A stretch of 64,000 nucleotides of DNA from Candidatus Velthaea sp. (GTDB lineage: Bacteria; Vulcanimicrobiota; Vulcanimicrobiia; Vulcanimicrobiales; Vulcanimicrobiaceae). The stretch lies in the NCBI GenBank assembly GCA_965214935.1, contig CBDCCS010000018.1, forward strand, positions 1 through 64,000, given 5' to 3'. The notes under the pieces were generated by a model. The model did not search any database. It was not told where the DNA came from and saw nothing but the letters and a program-made list of their open reading frames with translations. Made by a program: the position numbers and the translations under genes. This document shows positions 30,841 to 40,427 of the stretch, piece after piece; the first letter of the stretch is position 1; every line of letters starts with the position of its first letter.

Positions 30841-30869
30841 TTGACCTTTAAAGCCCGGTCTGGTACGGT
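30841..30869 (+). promoter_or_regulatory. Sigma70-type promoter of the gcl operon
   Basis: TTGACC (30841-46), 17-bp spacer, TACGGT (30864-69) with an extended TG. Confidence 0.6.
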
Positions 30870-30875
30870 TTGCCG

Positions 30876-30897
30876 TGTATACGGGATCCCGTATACA
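30876..30897. promoter_or_regulatory. Perfect 22-bp palindromic operator, likely for the GntR repressor
   Basis: TGTATACGGGATCCCGTATACA at the predicted transcription start; a related site lies before glcD. Confidence 0.7.
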
Positions 30898-30923
30898 TCA
30901 ACGCCGGGTCGAAAGAGGTTTCT

Positions 30924-32696
30924 GTGCCGAAGATGACTGCGATGGATGCGGCCGTGCGTGTTCTCAAGAGCGAGGGCGTCGACGTTGTTTTCGGCGTTCC
31001 GGGTGCAGCGATCTTGCCGCTTTACGATGCGCTTCGCAAGGACGGCTCGATTCGCCACATCCTAGTACGTCATGAAGAGGGCGGAACGCACGCAGCCGAA
31101 GGGTACAGCCGTGCACGCGCCGGCAAAATCGGTGTGAACCTCGGCACGTCGGGGCCGGCGGGGACCAATATGGTAACGGGCTTATATTCCGCACTTGCCG
31201 ATAGCATCCCGATCCTCTGCATTACCGGGCAAGCTCCGCGTCCCAAGTTGCACAAAGAAGATTTCCAGGCCGTCGACATCGCCGCGATCGTCGCTCCGGT
31301 AACGAAATGGTCGGTCACGGTGATGGAAGGCGCGCAAGTGCCGTACATCTTTCGTAAGGCGTTCCAAATCATGCGCTCGGGCCGGCCCGGACCCGTTCAC
31401 ATCGACCTGCCGATCGACGTTCAGCGCGAAATCATCAATTACGACGACGAGGCCGACGAGCCGCTGCCCGTCGATCGTCCGCGGCCCGGCCTCAAAGCGA
31501 TTCGCAAAGCGATCGATCTGCTGCTTGCGGCGGACCGCCCGTTGATCGTCGCGGGCGGGGGCGTCATCAATGCGAACGCGCACGAACATCTCGTTGCACT
31601 CGCCGAGCTAACGCAGACGCCGGTCGTCCCGACGCTTATGGGTTGGGGCACGATTCCCGACGATCACGAGCTGCACGCCGGCATGGTCGGACTACAAACG
31701 CAGCACCGTTACGGTAATGCAAATTTACTCGATAGCGACTTCGTGCTCGGGATCGGCAACCGCTGGGCGAACCGGCACACGGGCAGCGTCGATATCTACA
31801 CCGGCGATCGTACGTTCGTCCACATCGACATCGAGCCGACCCAAATCGGCCGCGTTTTCAGCCCCGATCTCGGCATCGTAGCGGATGCCGGCTTGGCACT
31901 CGAGGCACTCGTGGCGGAGGCTCGCATTCGCAGCAGTCGCGGCGATATTCCGGCGCGTACGGCCTGGGTCGATACGGTGCAAGAACGCAAACGCACGCTG
32001 TTGCGCCGCACCGATTTCGACAACGTTCCGGTCAAGCCGCAACGGGTTTTTCAAGAAGTCAACGCCGCGTTCGACGACGACACCCAATTCGTCACGGCGA
32101 TCGGTTTGTATCAAATCCTTTCGGGACAATTGCAAAAAATCAATAAGCCGCGTAATTACATTATTTGCGGTCAGGCCGGTCCGCTGGGTTGGGAAGTTTC
32201 GGCGTGTACCGGTGCCAAGCTGGCGAATCCGCATAAGAAGGTCGTCGGCATCGTCGGTGATTACTCGCTGCAATTTCTCATTGAAGAACTCGCGGTTGCC
32301 GCGCAGTATAAAATCCCGTTCGTTATGATTTTATTGAACAACGCCTATCTCGGTCTGATCCGTCAGGCTTCGATGCCGTATGGAATGGATTACGAGGTGT
32401 CGCTAAGCTTTCAAAACGTCAATGCGCCGGAAATCGGCGAATACGGCGTCGATCATGTCAAGGCGGCAGAAGCAATGGGTTGCCGTGCGATCCGCGTTTT
32501 CGATCCGGAGAAGATCGCCGCTGCAATCGTTTGGGCGAAAGCTGAATCGGAGCGTCTGGGCGTGCCGGTCATCGTCGAAGTCATCACCGAGCGCATTACC
32601 AATATTGCCATGGGCACGGAAATCAACTCGATTCGCGAATTCGAAGAGATTGTCGACGTTCCGGCGGTCGCCGAACGCGAACCGCAACTCGTCTAA
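30924..32696 (+). CDS. gcl: Glyoxylate carboligase
   Basis: [79 protein letters not shown] before GTG 30924. Confidence 0.95.
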   Translation: MPKMTAMDAAVRVLKSEGVDVVFGVPGAAILPLYDALRKDGSIRHILVRHEEGGTHAAEGYSRARAGKIGVNLGTSGPAGTNMVTGLYSALADSIPILCITGQAPRPKLHKEDFQAVDIAAIVAPVTKWSVTVMEGAQVPYIFRKAFQIMRSGRPGPVHIDLPIDVQREIINYDDEADEPLPVDRPRPGLKAIRKAIDLLLAADRPLIVAGGGVINANAHEHLVALAELTQTPVVPTLMGWGTIPDDHELHAGMVGLQTQHRYGNANLLDSDFVLGIGNRWANRHTGSVDIYTGDRTFVHIDIEPTQIGRVFSPDLGIVADAGLALEALVAEARIRSSRGDIPARTAWVDTVQERKRTLLRRTDFDNVPVKPQRVFQEVNAAFDDDTQFVTAIGLYQILSGQLQKINKPRNYIICGQAGPLGWEVSACTGAKLANPHKKVVGIVGDYSLQFLIEELAVAAQYKIPFVMILLNNAYLGLIRQASMPYGMDYEVSLSFQNVNAPEIGEYGVDHVKAAEAMGCRAIRVFDPEKIAAAIVWAKAESERLGVPVIVEVITERITNIAMGTEINSIREFEEIVDVPAVAEREPQLV

Positions 32697-32701
32697 GGAG
32701 T

Positions 32702-33502
32702 TTGATCTTGCCGCGCTTCGCCGCCAACCTTACGATGCTCTTTACCGAGCACGCATTTCTCGATCGTTTTGCGGCCGCGTCGAACGCAGGTTTTCGCGGC
32801 GTGGAATATCTGTTTCCCTATGAGTATCCAGTCGCCCAGATCGCGCACCGGTTGCAGGCTGCCGGCCTCGAGCAAGTGCTCTTCAATCTTCCCGCAGGCG
32901 ATTGGGCCGCGGGCGAACGCGGCATCGCATGTCTGCCCGACCGCGTTGCGGAATTTCGCGCCGGAATTGCCACGGCAATACCGTATGCCGAGGCATTAGG
33001 CTGCTCGCGGGTAAACGCGTTGGCCGGTAAATGCCCGTCCGATCTCGCTCCGCAAGATGCACGCCGAACGTTCGTTTCCAATCTGCAGTACGCCGCAGCG
33101 GAATTAAAGCGCGCGGGTATAGCGCTCGTTATCGAAGCAATCAACACGTACGATATTCCGGGCTTCTTCCTTTCACGCTCCGATCAGGCGTTTCAAATCA
33201 TCGATGAAGTCGGGTCGGACAACTTGACGTTGCAATACGATATCTACCACATGCAGCGCATGGAAGGTGAACTGGCGGCAACGCTGCGCGCGCACATTGC
33301 CCGTATCGGGCACGTGCAGTTGGCCGACAATCCCGGCCGTCACGAGCCGGGCACGGGTGAGATTCATTATCCGTTTCTTTTTGATTGCCTCGATACGGCC
33401 GGCTATCGCGGCTGGGTCGGTGCGGAATACATACCGGCGGCCGAAACGGCGGCGGGTTTAGGTTGGGCGCAATCGTATTTGCAGCCGGCTCACGCCGGAT
33501 AA
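32702..33502 (+). CDS. hyi: Hydroxypyruvate isomerase
   Basis: PRFAANLTMLF, VEYLFPY, GDWAAGERG, QYDIYHMQ, ADNPGRHEPGTGEI. Confidence 0.93.
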   Translation: MILPRFAANLTMLFTEHAFLDRFAAASNAGFRGVEYLFPYEYPVAQIAHRLQAAGLEQVLFNLPAGDWAAGERGIACLPDRVAEFRAGIATAIPYAEALGCSRVNALAGKCPSDLAPQDARRTFVSNLQYAAAELKRAGIALVIEAINTYDIPGFFLSRSDQAFQIIDEVGSDNLTLQYDIYHMQRMEGELAATLRAHIARIGHVQLADNPGRHEPGTGEIHYPFLFDCLDTAGYRGWVGAEYIPAAETAAGLGWAQSYLQPAHAG

Positions 33503-33515
33503 AGGGCCACTGCAC

Positions 33516-34424
33516 GTGAGTAACGTCGGCTTTATCGGCCTAGGCATTATGGGGCGGCCGATGGCCGGTCATTTGCAGGCCGCCGGTCACACGCTTTTTC
33601 TTTATACGCACGGTAGCGTACCGCAAGAATTACTTGCCGCCGGCGGTGTTGCGTGCACTTCGGCTAAAGACGTCGCGGCGAAAAGCGAAATCATCATTAC
33701 GATGGTGCCCGATACGCCGAACGTCGCCGACGCGCTGTTTGGACCGGACGGTGTCGTGCAAGGGATCACGCCCGGTAAGATCGTCGTCGATATGAGCTCG
33801 ATCTCGCCGAGCGAAACCAAGAAATTTGCCGCGCGAATGAACGAAGCAGGCTGTACGTACTTTGATGCGCCGGTATCGGGCGGCGAAGTCGGCGCAAAAG
33901 CGGCGTCATTGACGATCATGGTCGGCGGTCCACAAGCGGAGTTCGAGCAAATCAAACCGCTGCTCGAAAAACTCGGCAAGAACGTAACGCTCGTCGGTGG
34001 AAACGGCGATGGCCAAACGACGAAAGTCGCCAACCAAATCATCGTCGCTTTAACGATCGAGGCGGTCGGGGAAGCGTTACTTTTTGCCTCGAAGGCAGGT
34101 GCGGATCCGGCGAAAGTCCGTGCGGCGCTCATGGGCGGTTTCGCGTCGTCGCGTATCCTCGAAGTGCACGGCCAACGGATGATCGAGCGCAACTTCGAGC
34201 CCGGCTTTCGCATCGCTCTGCATCAGAAAGATCTCAATCTCGCTTTGTCCGGTGCGCGCGAGCTGGGCATCGCATTGCCGAATACCGCGACGTGCCAGGA
34301 ACTTTTCAATTCGTGCGCCGCACACGGCGGTGCGGCGTGGGATCACTCGGCAATGGTACGGGCGCTCGAAATGATGGCTGCGCACACGGTGGCCGACGCG
34401 GCGGTGCCCGTCGACCACGCCTGA
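33516..34424 (+). CDS. glxR: 2-hydroxy-3-oxopropionate (tartronate semialdehyde) reductase
   Basis: GFIGLGIMG, DAPVSGGEVGAK, GDGQTTKVANQIIV, GFRIALHQKDL; follows gcl-hyi. Confidence 0.92.
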   Translation: MSNVGFIGLGIMGRPMAGHLQAAGHTLFLYTHGSVPQELLAAGGVACTSAKDVAAKSEIIITMVPDTPNVADALFGPDGVVQGITPGKIVVDMSSISPSETKKFAARMNEAGCTYFDAPVSGGEVGAKAASLTIMVGGPQAEFEQIKPLLEKLGKNVTLVGGNGDGQTTKVANQIIVALTIEAVGEALLFASKAGADPAKVRAALMGGFASSRILEVHGQRMIERNFEPGFRIALHQKDLNLALSGARELGIALPNTATCQELFNSCAAHGGAAWDHSAMVRALEMMAAHTVADAAVPVDHA

Positions 34425-34432
34425 TTTACCGA

Positions 34433-35599
34433 GTGCGCCATATCGTCGTTGCACCGGATAAATTCAAAGGAAGTTTGTCGGCGCTCGCGGTCGCGCAAGC
34501 GATCGAGCGCGGTCTCCGGCGCGGATTTTCAACCGTTGGGCGGATCGAATTGATACCGATGGCCGACGGCGGTGAAGGGACCGTTGCGGCGTTCCTGGAG
34601 GGCGGATATAATGCCGAGCGGAGAACGGTTTGCGGTCCGCGCGGTGCTCGCGTCGACGCGCAGTACGCAGCGAACGGAAACGTCGCGGTGATTGAAATGG
34701 CGAGCGCGTCCGGCCTCGCGTTGTTGGCGGATGACGCTTACGACGCACGCACGGCAACGACGTTCGGAACGGGCGAACTCATTCGTGCTGCCCTCGACCG
34801 CGGCGCTACGCGCATCGTTGTCGGGATCGGCGGAAGCGCGACGAACGATGCCGGAGCGGGCATGCTCGTTGCCCTCGGAGCGCGCTTGCTGGACGGTCGC
34901 GGCGAACCGCTCAGCGACGGCGGCGCTGCGCTACGCGAGCTAGCGTCGATCGATCTCAGCCGCCTGGACGCGCGTCTGAGCGGCGTGCAATTCGAGGTCG
35001 CAGCCGACGTCGATAATCCGCTCTGCGGTCCGAACGGTGCGACGAGTATCTTTGGGCCGCAGAAGGGTGCGACGCCGGCCGACGTGGTCGAACTCGATGC
35101 GGCACTGCGTCATTTCGCCGATATCGCCGCATCGACCGTCGGGCGCGATTTTCGCGATGCGCCGGGCGCCGGCGCGGCCGGCGGTCTGGGCTTCGCGTGT
35201 CTTGCGTTTCTCAACGCGCAGCTGCGGCCGGGGGTTGAAATTGTCAGCGAATTACGCGGCTTAGACGCGGCGTTGAGCGGGGCAATGCTGTGTTGCAGCG
35301 GCGAAGGCCGGATCGACCGTCAAACGCTACGCGGAAAAACCGTTGCCGGGGTTGCGAAGATCGCCCGCCGCTATCATGTACCGCTTATTGCGTTCGCCGG
35401 CACGCTCGAAGCGCTCGCTGAAGAAGCATTGTTCGGCCACGGTATCACCTGCGTTCCGATCGTCGATGGGCCGATGCCGCTCGAGGCCGCGATGCGCGAT
35501 ACGGCGGTTTTGATCGAGCGTGCCGCGGCGCGCGTCGCTCGTATCTTCGAGGCAACCCGGGATCTTGCGCGGCTTAAGCCGCCGCATCCGGCGCCATGA
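34433..35599 (+). CDS. glxK: Glycerate kinase
   Basis: VVAPDKFKGSL, PMADGGEG, GGSATNDAG, FGPQKGA, GAAGGLG, GEGRID. Start trimmed to GTG 34433. Confidence 0.92.
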   Translation: MRHIVVAPDKFKGSLSALAVAQAIERGLRRGFSTVGRIELIPMADGGEGTVAAFLEGGYNAERRTVCGPRGARVDAQYAANGNVAVIEMASASGLALLADDAYDARTATTFGTGELIRAALDRGATRIVVGIGGSATNDAGAGMLVALGARLLDGRGEPLSDGGAALRELASIDLSRLDARLSGVQFEVAADVDNPLCGPNGATSIFGPQKGATPADVVELDAALRHFADIAASTVGRDFRDAPGAGAAGGLGFACLAFLNAQLRPGVEIVSELRGLDAALSGAMLCCSGEGRIDRQTLRGKTVAGVAKIARRYHVPLIAFAGTLEALAEEALFGHGITCVPIVDGPMPLEAAMRDTAVLIERAAARVARIFEATRDLARLKPPHPAP

Positions 35600-36260
35600 C
35601 CGCCCGCTTCGTATTTGCAATGTGCAGCGACGTCGTTGTGATGACGGCCGCCTCGTCGTGCGCGCGCATTGCTTCGAGCATCGCTGCGTGCTCGGCAACG
35701 GTGGCATACCGGCGTTCGCTGGTCTTGAGCGCGATAAAACGCCACGGTAAAATGTCCGCACGTAGCTCACCGAGCATGCGCTTGAGACGATGCCCGTCGG
35801 CGAGTGCCAAAATGCGATCGTGGAATTGTGTATCGAGGCGTTCCATTTCACCGGCATCATCGACGTGCTGCAGCATGCGTTCGACGATTGCCGTCAGGGC
35901 GCTCAGATCGCGCGCCGTCGCACGCCGGGTGGCCCGTCGCGCAGCGAGCGTCTCGAGCGCTTCGCGAATCTCGAAGATACATTCCACTTCGTCGCGTTTG
36001 AGTTCGCGCACGACGGTTCCGCGCGCGCCGCGCGGCTCGAGCATGCCTTCGGTTTCCAGGCGACGTAGTGCTTCGCGAACCGGCGTGCGGCTGGCGCCGA
36101 GCGACGCCGCGATCTCGGTCTCGATCACCGCAGCCCCGGGCGCTAAATCGCCCGAGAGAATCGCTGCCCGCAATCGGCTGTACACCTGATCGCGCAACGA
36201 CCGGGGACGCGTCACTTGTGCGCCGAGTGTCGGCGTAGCGGACGCGCTGCGCGATGCCAT
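35574..36260 (-). CDS. GntR/FadR-family regulator (HTH + FCD)
   Basis: ETEIAASLGASRTPVREALRRLE, IREALE, FH, EH FCD residues; sits between the gcl and glc operons. Confidence 0.92.
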   Translation of the reverse strand: MASRSASATPTLGAQVTRPRSLRDQVYSRLRAAILSGDLAPGAAVIETEIAASLGASRTPVREALRRLETEGMLEPRGARGTVVRELKRDEVECIFEIREALETLAARRATRRATARDLSALTAIVERMLQHVDDAGEMERLDTQFHDRILALADGHRLKRMLGELRADILPWRFIALKTSERRYATVAEHAAMLEAMRAHDEAAVITTTSLHIANTKRAVMAPDAAA

Positions 36261-36266
36261 GAAGCA

Positions 36267-36295
36267 ATGCTAAACGGCGGCCGGCGCGGCGTCAA
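36267..36295 (-). promoter_or_regulatory. Sigma70-type promoter for a leaderless gntR transcript
   Basis: Minus strand TTGACG-17 bp-TAGCAT, with the ATG only 6 nt after the -10 box. Confidence 0.6.
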
Positions 36296-36316
36296 GTATT
36301 TTGGATCCAGTATCCC

Positions 36317-36372
36317 TTGACAGCCGGATAATTGTTTCTTACAGTTGGCAAACATTTCGGATACCGTATACA
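36317..36372 (+). promoter_or_regulatory. glcD promoter and operator-like site
   Basis: TTGACA (36317-22)-17 bp-TACAGT (36340-45); downstream CGGATACCGTATACA resembles the gcl operator. Confidence 0.65.
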
Positions 36373-36394
36373 AAATCGGGTAAGGACAGGTGTA

Positions 36395-37862
36395 ATGAGT
36401 GCGCTGACTGCCTCGCCGTCCGTTCATGCGCGTTTTCGCGGCAATCGTCGGCGAGCGTCAAACGATTACGGCAGCAAGCGAGCTTCGAACGTATGAATGC
36501 GACGGCCTGACCGGTATTCGCGTGCGTCCGGACGTCGTCGTCCTGCCCGAAACGACGCACCAGGTGGCCGCCTGCGTGAAACTCGCGCGCGAACTCGGCA
36601 TGCCGATCGTCGCGCGCGGCGCCGGGACCGGTCTTTCGGGCGGCGCGGTCCCCAGCGCGGGTCGATCGTGATCGGCCTTGCGCGAATGAAAAAGATGTTG
36701 ACGATCGACCTTGCCAACGAGCGAATTCTCGTGCAGTCCGGGGTCGTCAACCTCGATATAAGCCGGACGCTCGCGCCCCTCGGCTACTATTATGCGCCCG
36801 ATCCGTCCTCGCAAAGCGTCTGCTCGATCGGCGGCAACGTGGCCGAAAACTCCGGCGGCGCGCACTGTCTCAAATACGGCTTTACCGTCAATCATGCGGT
36901 CGGCGCGACCGTCGTTTTGGCGACCGGTGACATCGTGACGATCGGAGCCGCGTTCGCCGATCCCTCGGGCTACGACCTCATGGCCGTCGTTGTCGGTAGC
37001 GAAGGGATGCTCGGAATCGTCACCGAGGTGTGGCTACGCATTCTACGGCTGCCGCAGAAGACGCGCACGATTTTTGCGACCTTCCCGACACCGGCGCAAG
37101 GTGCCGCTGCGGTATCGGCGATCATCGCCGCCGGGATCATTCCGGCGGCCGTCGAGATGATGGATCAGCTTGCTATGGAAGCGATCGTCGCCGCTACGTC
37201 GGTTGATTGGCCGCTCGATGTCGGCGCGTCGTTGCTCGTCGACGTCGACGGGTCGGCAGCCGAAGTGGATCATACGGCCGAAGCTGCCGAAGCGCTAATT
37301 CGCGCGGCTGGTGCGCTCGACGTACGCAGTCCGCGCGACGCCGCCGAACGAGCGTTGATGTGGAAAGGCCGCAAAAGCGCCTTTGCCGCCGTCGGCCGGA
37401 TCAGTCCGAATTACATCGTTCAAGACGGTGTCGTGCCGCGTAAGGAAATCTCGGCGGTGCTGCTCGAAATTGCCGCCGTTGCTGCGGCGGCCGGCTTGCG
37501 TGTCGCCAACGTGTTCCATGCCGGCGACGGCAACCTGCATCCGCTCGTCCTGTTCGATGCGAGCATCGAAGGCGAGGAAGCGCGTGCCGAACATGTCGGC
37601 GGTGAGATCTTGCGGATTTGCATGCAGCACGGCGGTTCGATAACCGGCGAACATGGCGTGGGCCTCGACAAGCAGTCCTATATGGGCGAATTGTTCACCG
37701 ACGAAGATCTCGAAACGATGAACTTCGTCCGTTGCGCATTCGATCCCGGACCGCGCGCTCAACCCGGGCAAAGTGTTCCCGACGCCGCGCCTGTGCGGTG
37801 ACCGGCCCGGCACGTACGTGCCGTCCAGCTTCGAGGCCGCCGGCGTGGCCGGGCGCGGATGA
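36395..37862 (+). pseudogene. glcD: Glycolate oxidase FAD subunit GlcD, with three apparent frameshifts (may be sequencing errors)
   Basis: YECDGL, ARGAGTGLSGG, APDPSSQ, GGAHCLKYG, HAGDGNLHP, ITGEHGVG lie in different frames; shifts at ~36435, ~36660 and ~37746. Confidence 0.85.
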
Positions 37863-39032
37863 ACGCAGCGGTCGCGCGCCTCGAGCCGCAGACGCCGCGA
37901 GCAGCGGCCGGGCTCATGCGCGAAGCCGTCCGCGATGGATTTCGTGTCGGTGTACGCGGCGGCGGTACGAACGGCCCCGGAGCGTTCAACGTCGATGCGG
38001 TGCTCGAAACGCGCGGCATGCGCCGGATCGTCGAGTATGCGCCTGAAGATCAGACGGTTAGCGTCGAAGCCGGCATCACGTTTGCCGAACTGCAGCGGGC
38101 GCTCGCGCTACACGGACAACGGCTCATCGTCGAATCAGCGCAGCCCGAACGCGCGACGATCGGCGGTGCCATCGCCGCCAACGTCTTCGGCCCCCGGCGC
38201 TTAACGTACGGTACGCTCAAAGATCTCATTCTCGGCGTCGGGCTGGTGCGCGCCGACGGCGTCGAGGCGCATGCCGGCGGAAAAGTCGTGAAGAACGTGG
38301 CCGGCTTCGACCTGTCGAAATTAATGGTCGGGTCGTTCGGCACGCTGGCGGTTGTTACCGCCGCGACGCTGCGAGTTCATCCGCTGGCCGAACGAACGCG
38401 GGCGTTTCGCGTCGCCGAACTCGCACCGGGCGAGGTTTGGTCGCTTGTAATTGCGCTTCGCAAGGCGTTGCTCGAACCGGCCGCCGTGATAGCGCATCGC
38501 GATCCCGAGCGAGCGCGTTACGATGTCGACGTTCTGTTCGAGGGCTTCGCCGTGGGTGTGGCAGCGAAAGTCGATGCTTTTGCGGCGCTCGCTGCAAGCG
38601 AAGGCCGGCGCTTTGCCGAGCGCGACGCAATCGGGGTCGAGCGCACGGACGCCGCGGTGAGGGCTGCCGAACCGCTACGCTTTCGCGCAAGCACTCCGCC
38701 CGCGGAGTTCGCGGCGGTCGATGAAGCCGTCATCGCGCCGTTGCTGGCGGCACTCGCCGGCGGCGTTTGCCGTTGCCTATCCCGCGCTTGGAACAGCCTT
38801 TATCGCGGGCGCACCTCGGTCGGCCGACGCTATTGCAGCGCAGCTGGCATACAGTCGCGGTCATGCAGAACGGCACGGCGGATCGATCGTCGTCGAAATG
38901 TTGCCGCCGCAAGCGCAGACGCTCGAACGCTGGGGCACGCCGCCTGCGTCTTTTGCGCTCATGCAACAACTCAAAGCACGTTTCGATCCGGACGGCCGGC
39001 TGAACCCCGGTTCGTTCATCGGAGGATTGTAA
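37859..39032 (+). pseudogene. glcE: Glycolate oxidase subunit GlcE, with one apparent frameshift at ~38767
   Basis: ATIGG, GGKVVKNVAGFDLSKL, GSFGTL; the C-terminal LKARFDPDGRLNPG is in another frame (38721-39032). Confidence 0.85.
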
Positions 39033-40330
39033 TGACACTTTCGATCGGCGGCGAGCCGGCGCGAACAACAACCGATCTTATTTCCGATTGCGTTCACTGC
39101 GGTTTCTGTTTGCCGGCATGTCCGACGTATGCATCGTGGGGCGACGAGATGGACTCGCCGCGCGGGCGCATCGACTTGATGAAAGGGCTCGATACCGGCG
39201 TCATCGTGCTCGACGATCGGACCGTCGCGCACTTCGATCAGTGTCTGGGGTGCATGGCATGCGTGACGGCATGTCCGTCGGGCGTGCGGTACGACCTGCT
39301 GATCGAATCAACGCGCGCGACGATCGAGCACACGTATCCGCGCACGTTAAGCGACAAACTGTTTCGCGAGTTGATATTTGCGCTGTTCCCGTATCCCGGC
39401 CGGCTGCGACTGGCCGCACTACCGCTCGGTGCATACGTGAAAACGGGCGTGCAGGGACTCGTGCGCCGTTTGCGGCTGACGCGCTTCTTACCGGCTCGCT
39501 TCGCGCAGCTCGAAGCGCTCACGCCGCCGGTCGTCAAAGAGACTAAGCTTCAAGCATTCTACCCGGCGACAACGAAGATTGCGCGGGCGCGTGTTGCGCT
39601 TATCGCCGGCTGCGTGCAGCGCGTCTTCTTTCCAAACGTGAACGACGCCACGATTCGCGTGCTGACCGCCGAAGGCTGCGACGTGGTCGTACCGCAACAG
39701 CAAGGTTGTTGCGGGGCGCTTTCACTGCACAGCGGCCGCGATGTGGAAGCCAAGCGCTTCGCCGCTGCGCTCATCGAGGCGTTCGAACGCGAGCGCGTCG
39801 ATGCAATCATCATCAATGCTGCCGGCTGCGGCTCGACGCTTAAAGAATACGCCGAACTCTTTGCAGCCGATGACGTCTGGCGCGAGCGAGCCCGCGCCTT
39901 TTCCGATAAGGTCAGCGACATCAACGAGTATCTCGCCGCGCTCGAACCGGTCGCCGTGCGCAAGCCGATCGCTAGGCGCGTGGCTTATCACGATGCATGT
40001 CACCTTGCCCACGCGCAGCGCATACGTTCGCAGCCGCGCGCGTTACTGGGCGGCATACCCGGACTCGAACTCATCGAAATTCCAGACGGCGAGCAGTGTT
40101 GCGGAAGCGCCGGAACCTACAATCTTTTCCAGCCGAAAAGCGCGCTGGAAATCGGGGAACGCAAGGTCGATAATATCTTGTCGACCGCCCCAACGCTGCT
40201 GGCCAGTGCAAATCCGGGCTGCACGCTGCAAATACAATCCGTCTTACGGCAGCGTAACATCGAGTTGCGTGCGGCGCATCCGATTGAGATTCTCGACGCG
40301 TCAATTAACGGAGTGCCGCTACCCGCTTAA
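39032..40330 (+). CDS. glcF: Glycolate oxidase iron-sulfur subunit GlcF
   Basis: GGAGG RBS, ATG 39032; CVHCGFCLPACPT, CLGCMACVTACP, CCG domains, ANPGC. Confidence 0.92.
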   Translation: MTLSIGGEPARTTTDLISDCVHCGFCLPACPTYASWGDEMDSPRGRIDLMKGLDTGVIVLDDRTVAHFDQCLGCMACVTACPSGVRYDLLIESTRATIEHTYPRTLSDKLFRELIFALFPYPGRLRLAALPLGAYVKTGVQGLVRRLRLTRFLPARFAQLEALTPPVVKETKLQAFYPATTKIARARVALIAGCVQRVFFPNVNDATIRVLTAEGCDVVVPQQQGCCGALSLHSGRDVEAKRFAAALIEAFERERVDAIIINAAGCGSTLKEYAELFAADDVWRERARAFSDKVSDINEYLAALEPVAVRKPIARRVAYHDACHLAHAQRIRSQPRALLGGIPGLELIEIPDGEQCCGSAGTYNLFQPKSALEIGERKVDNILSTAPTLLASANPGCTLQIQSVLRQRNIELRAAHPIEILDASINGVPLPA

Positions 40331-40370
40331 TTTCCTTTCATGACTTAATTTCGCGGCCGGCCTGCGGGTC

Positions 40371-40399
40371 TTGACGGTTAATTTGCCGCACGGTATAAG
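40371..40399 (+). promoter_or_regulatory. Possible sigma70 promoter for the permease
   Basis: TTGACG-17 bp-TATAAG upstream of the GAGG RBS. Confidence 0.5.
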
Positions 40400-40427
40400 C
40401 AACGCGTCAATTTAGAGAGGATCTCGC

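Noticed and set aside
37859..40330. 823-aa apparent GlcE-GlcF fusion ORF
   Set aside because: It results from a +1 frameshift. The true GlcE C-terminus is in another frame, and glcF has its own RBS and ATG.
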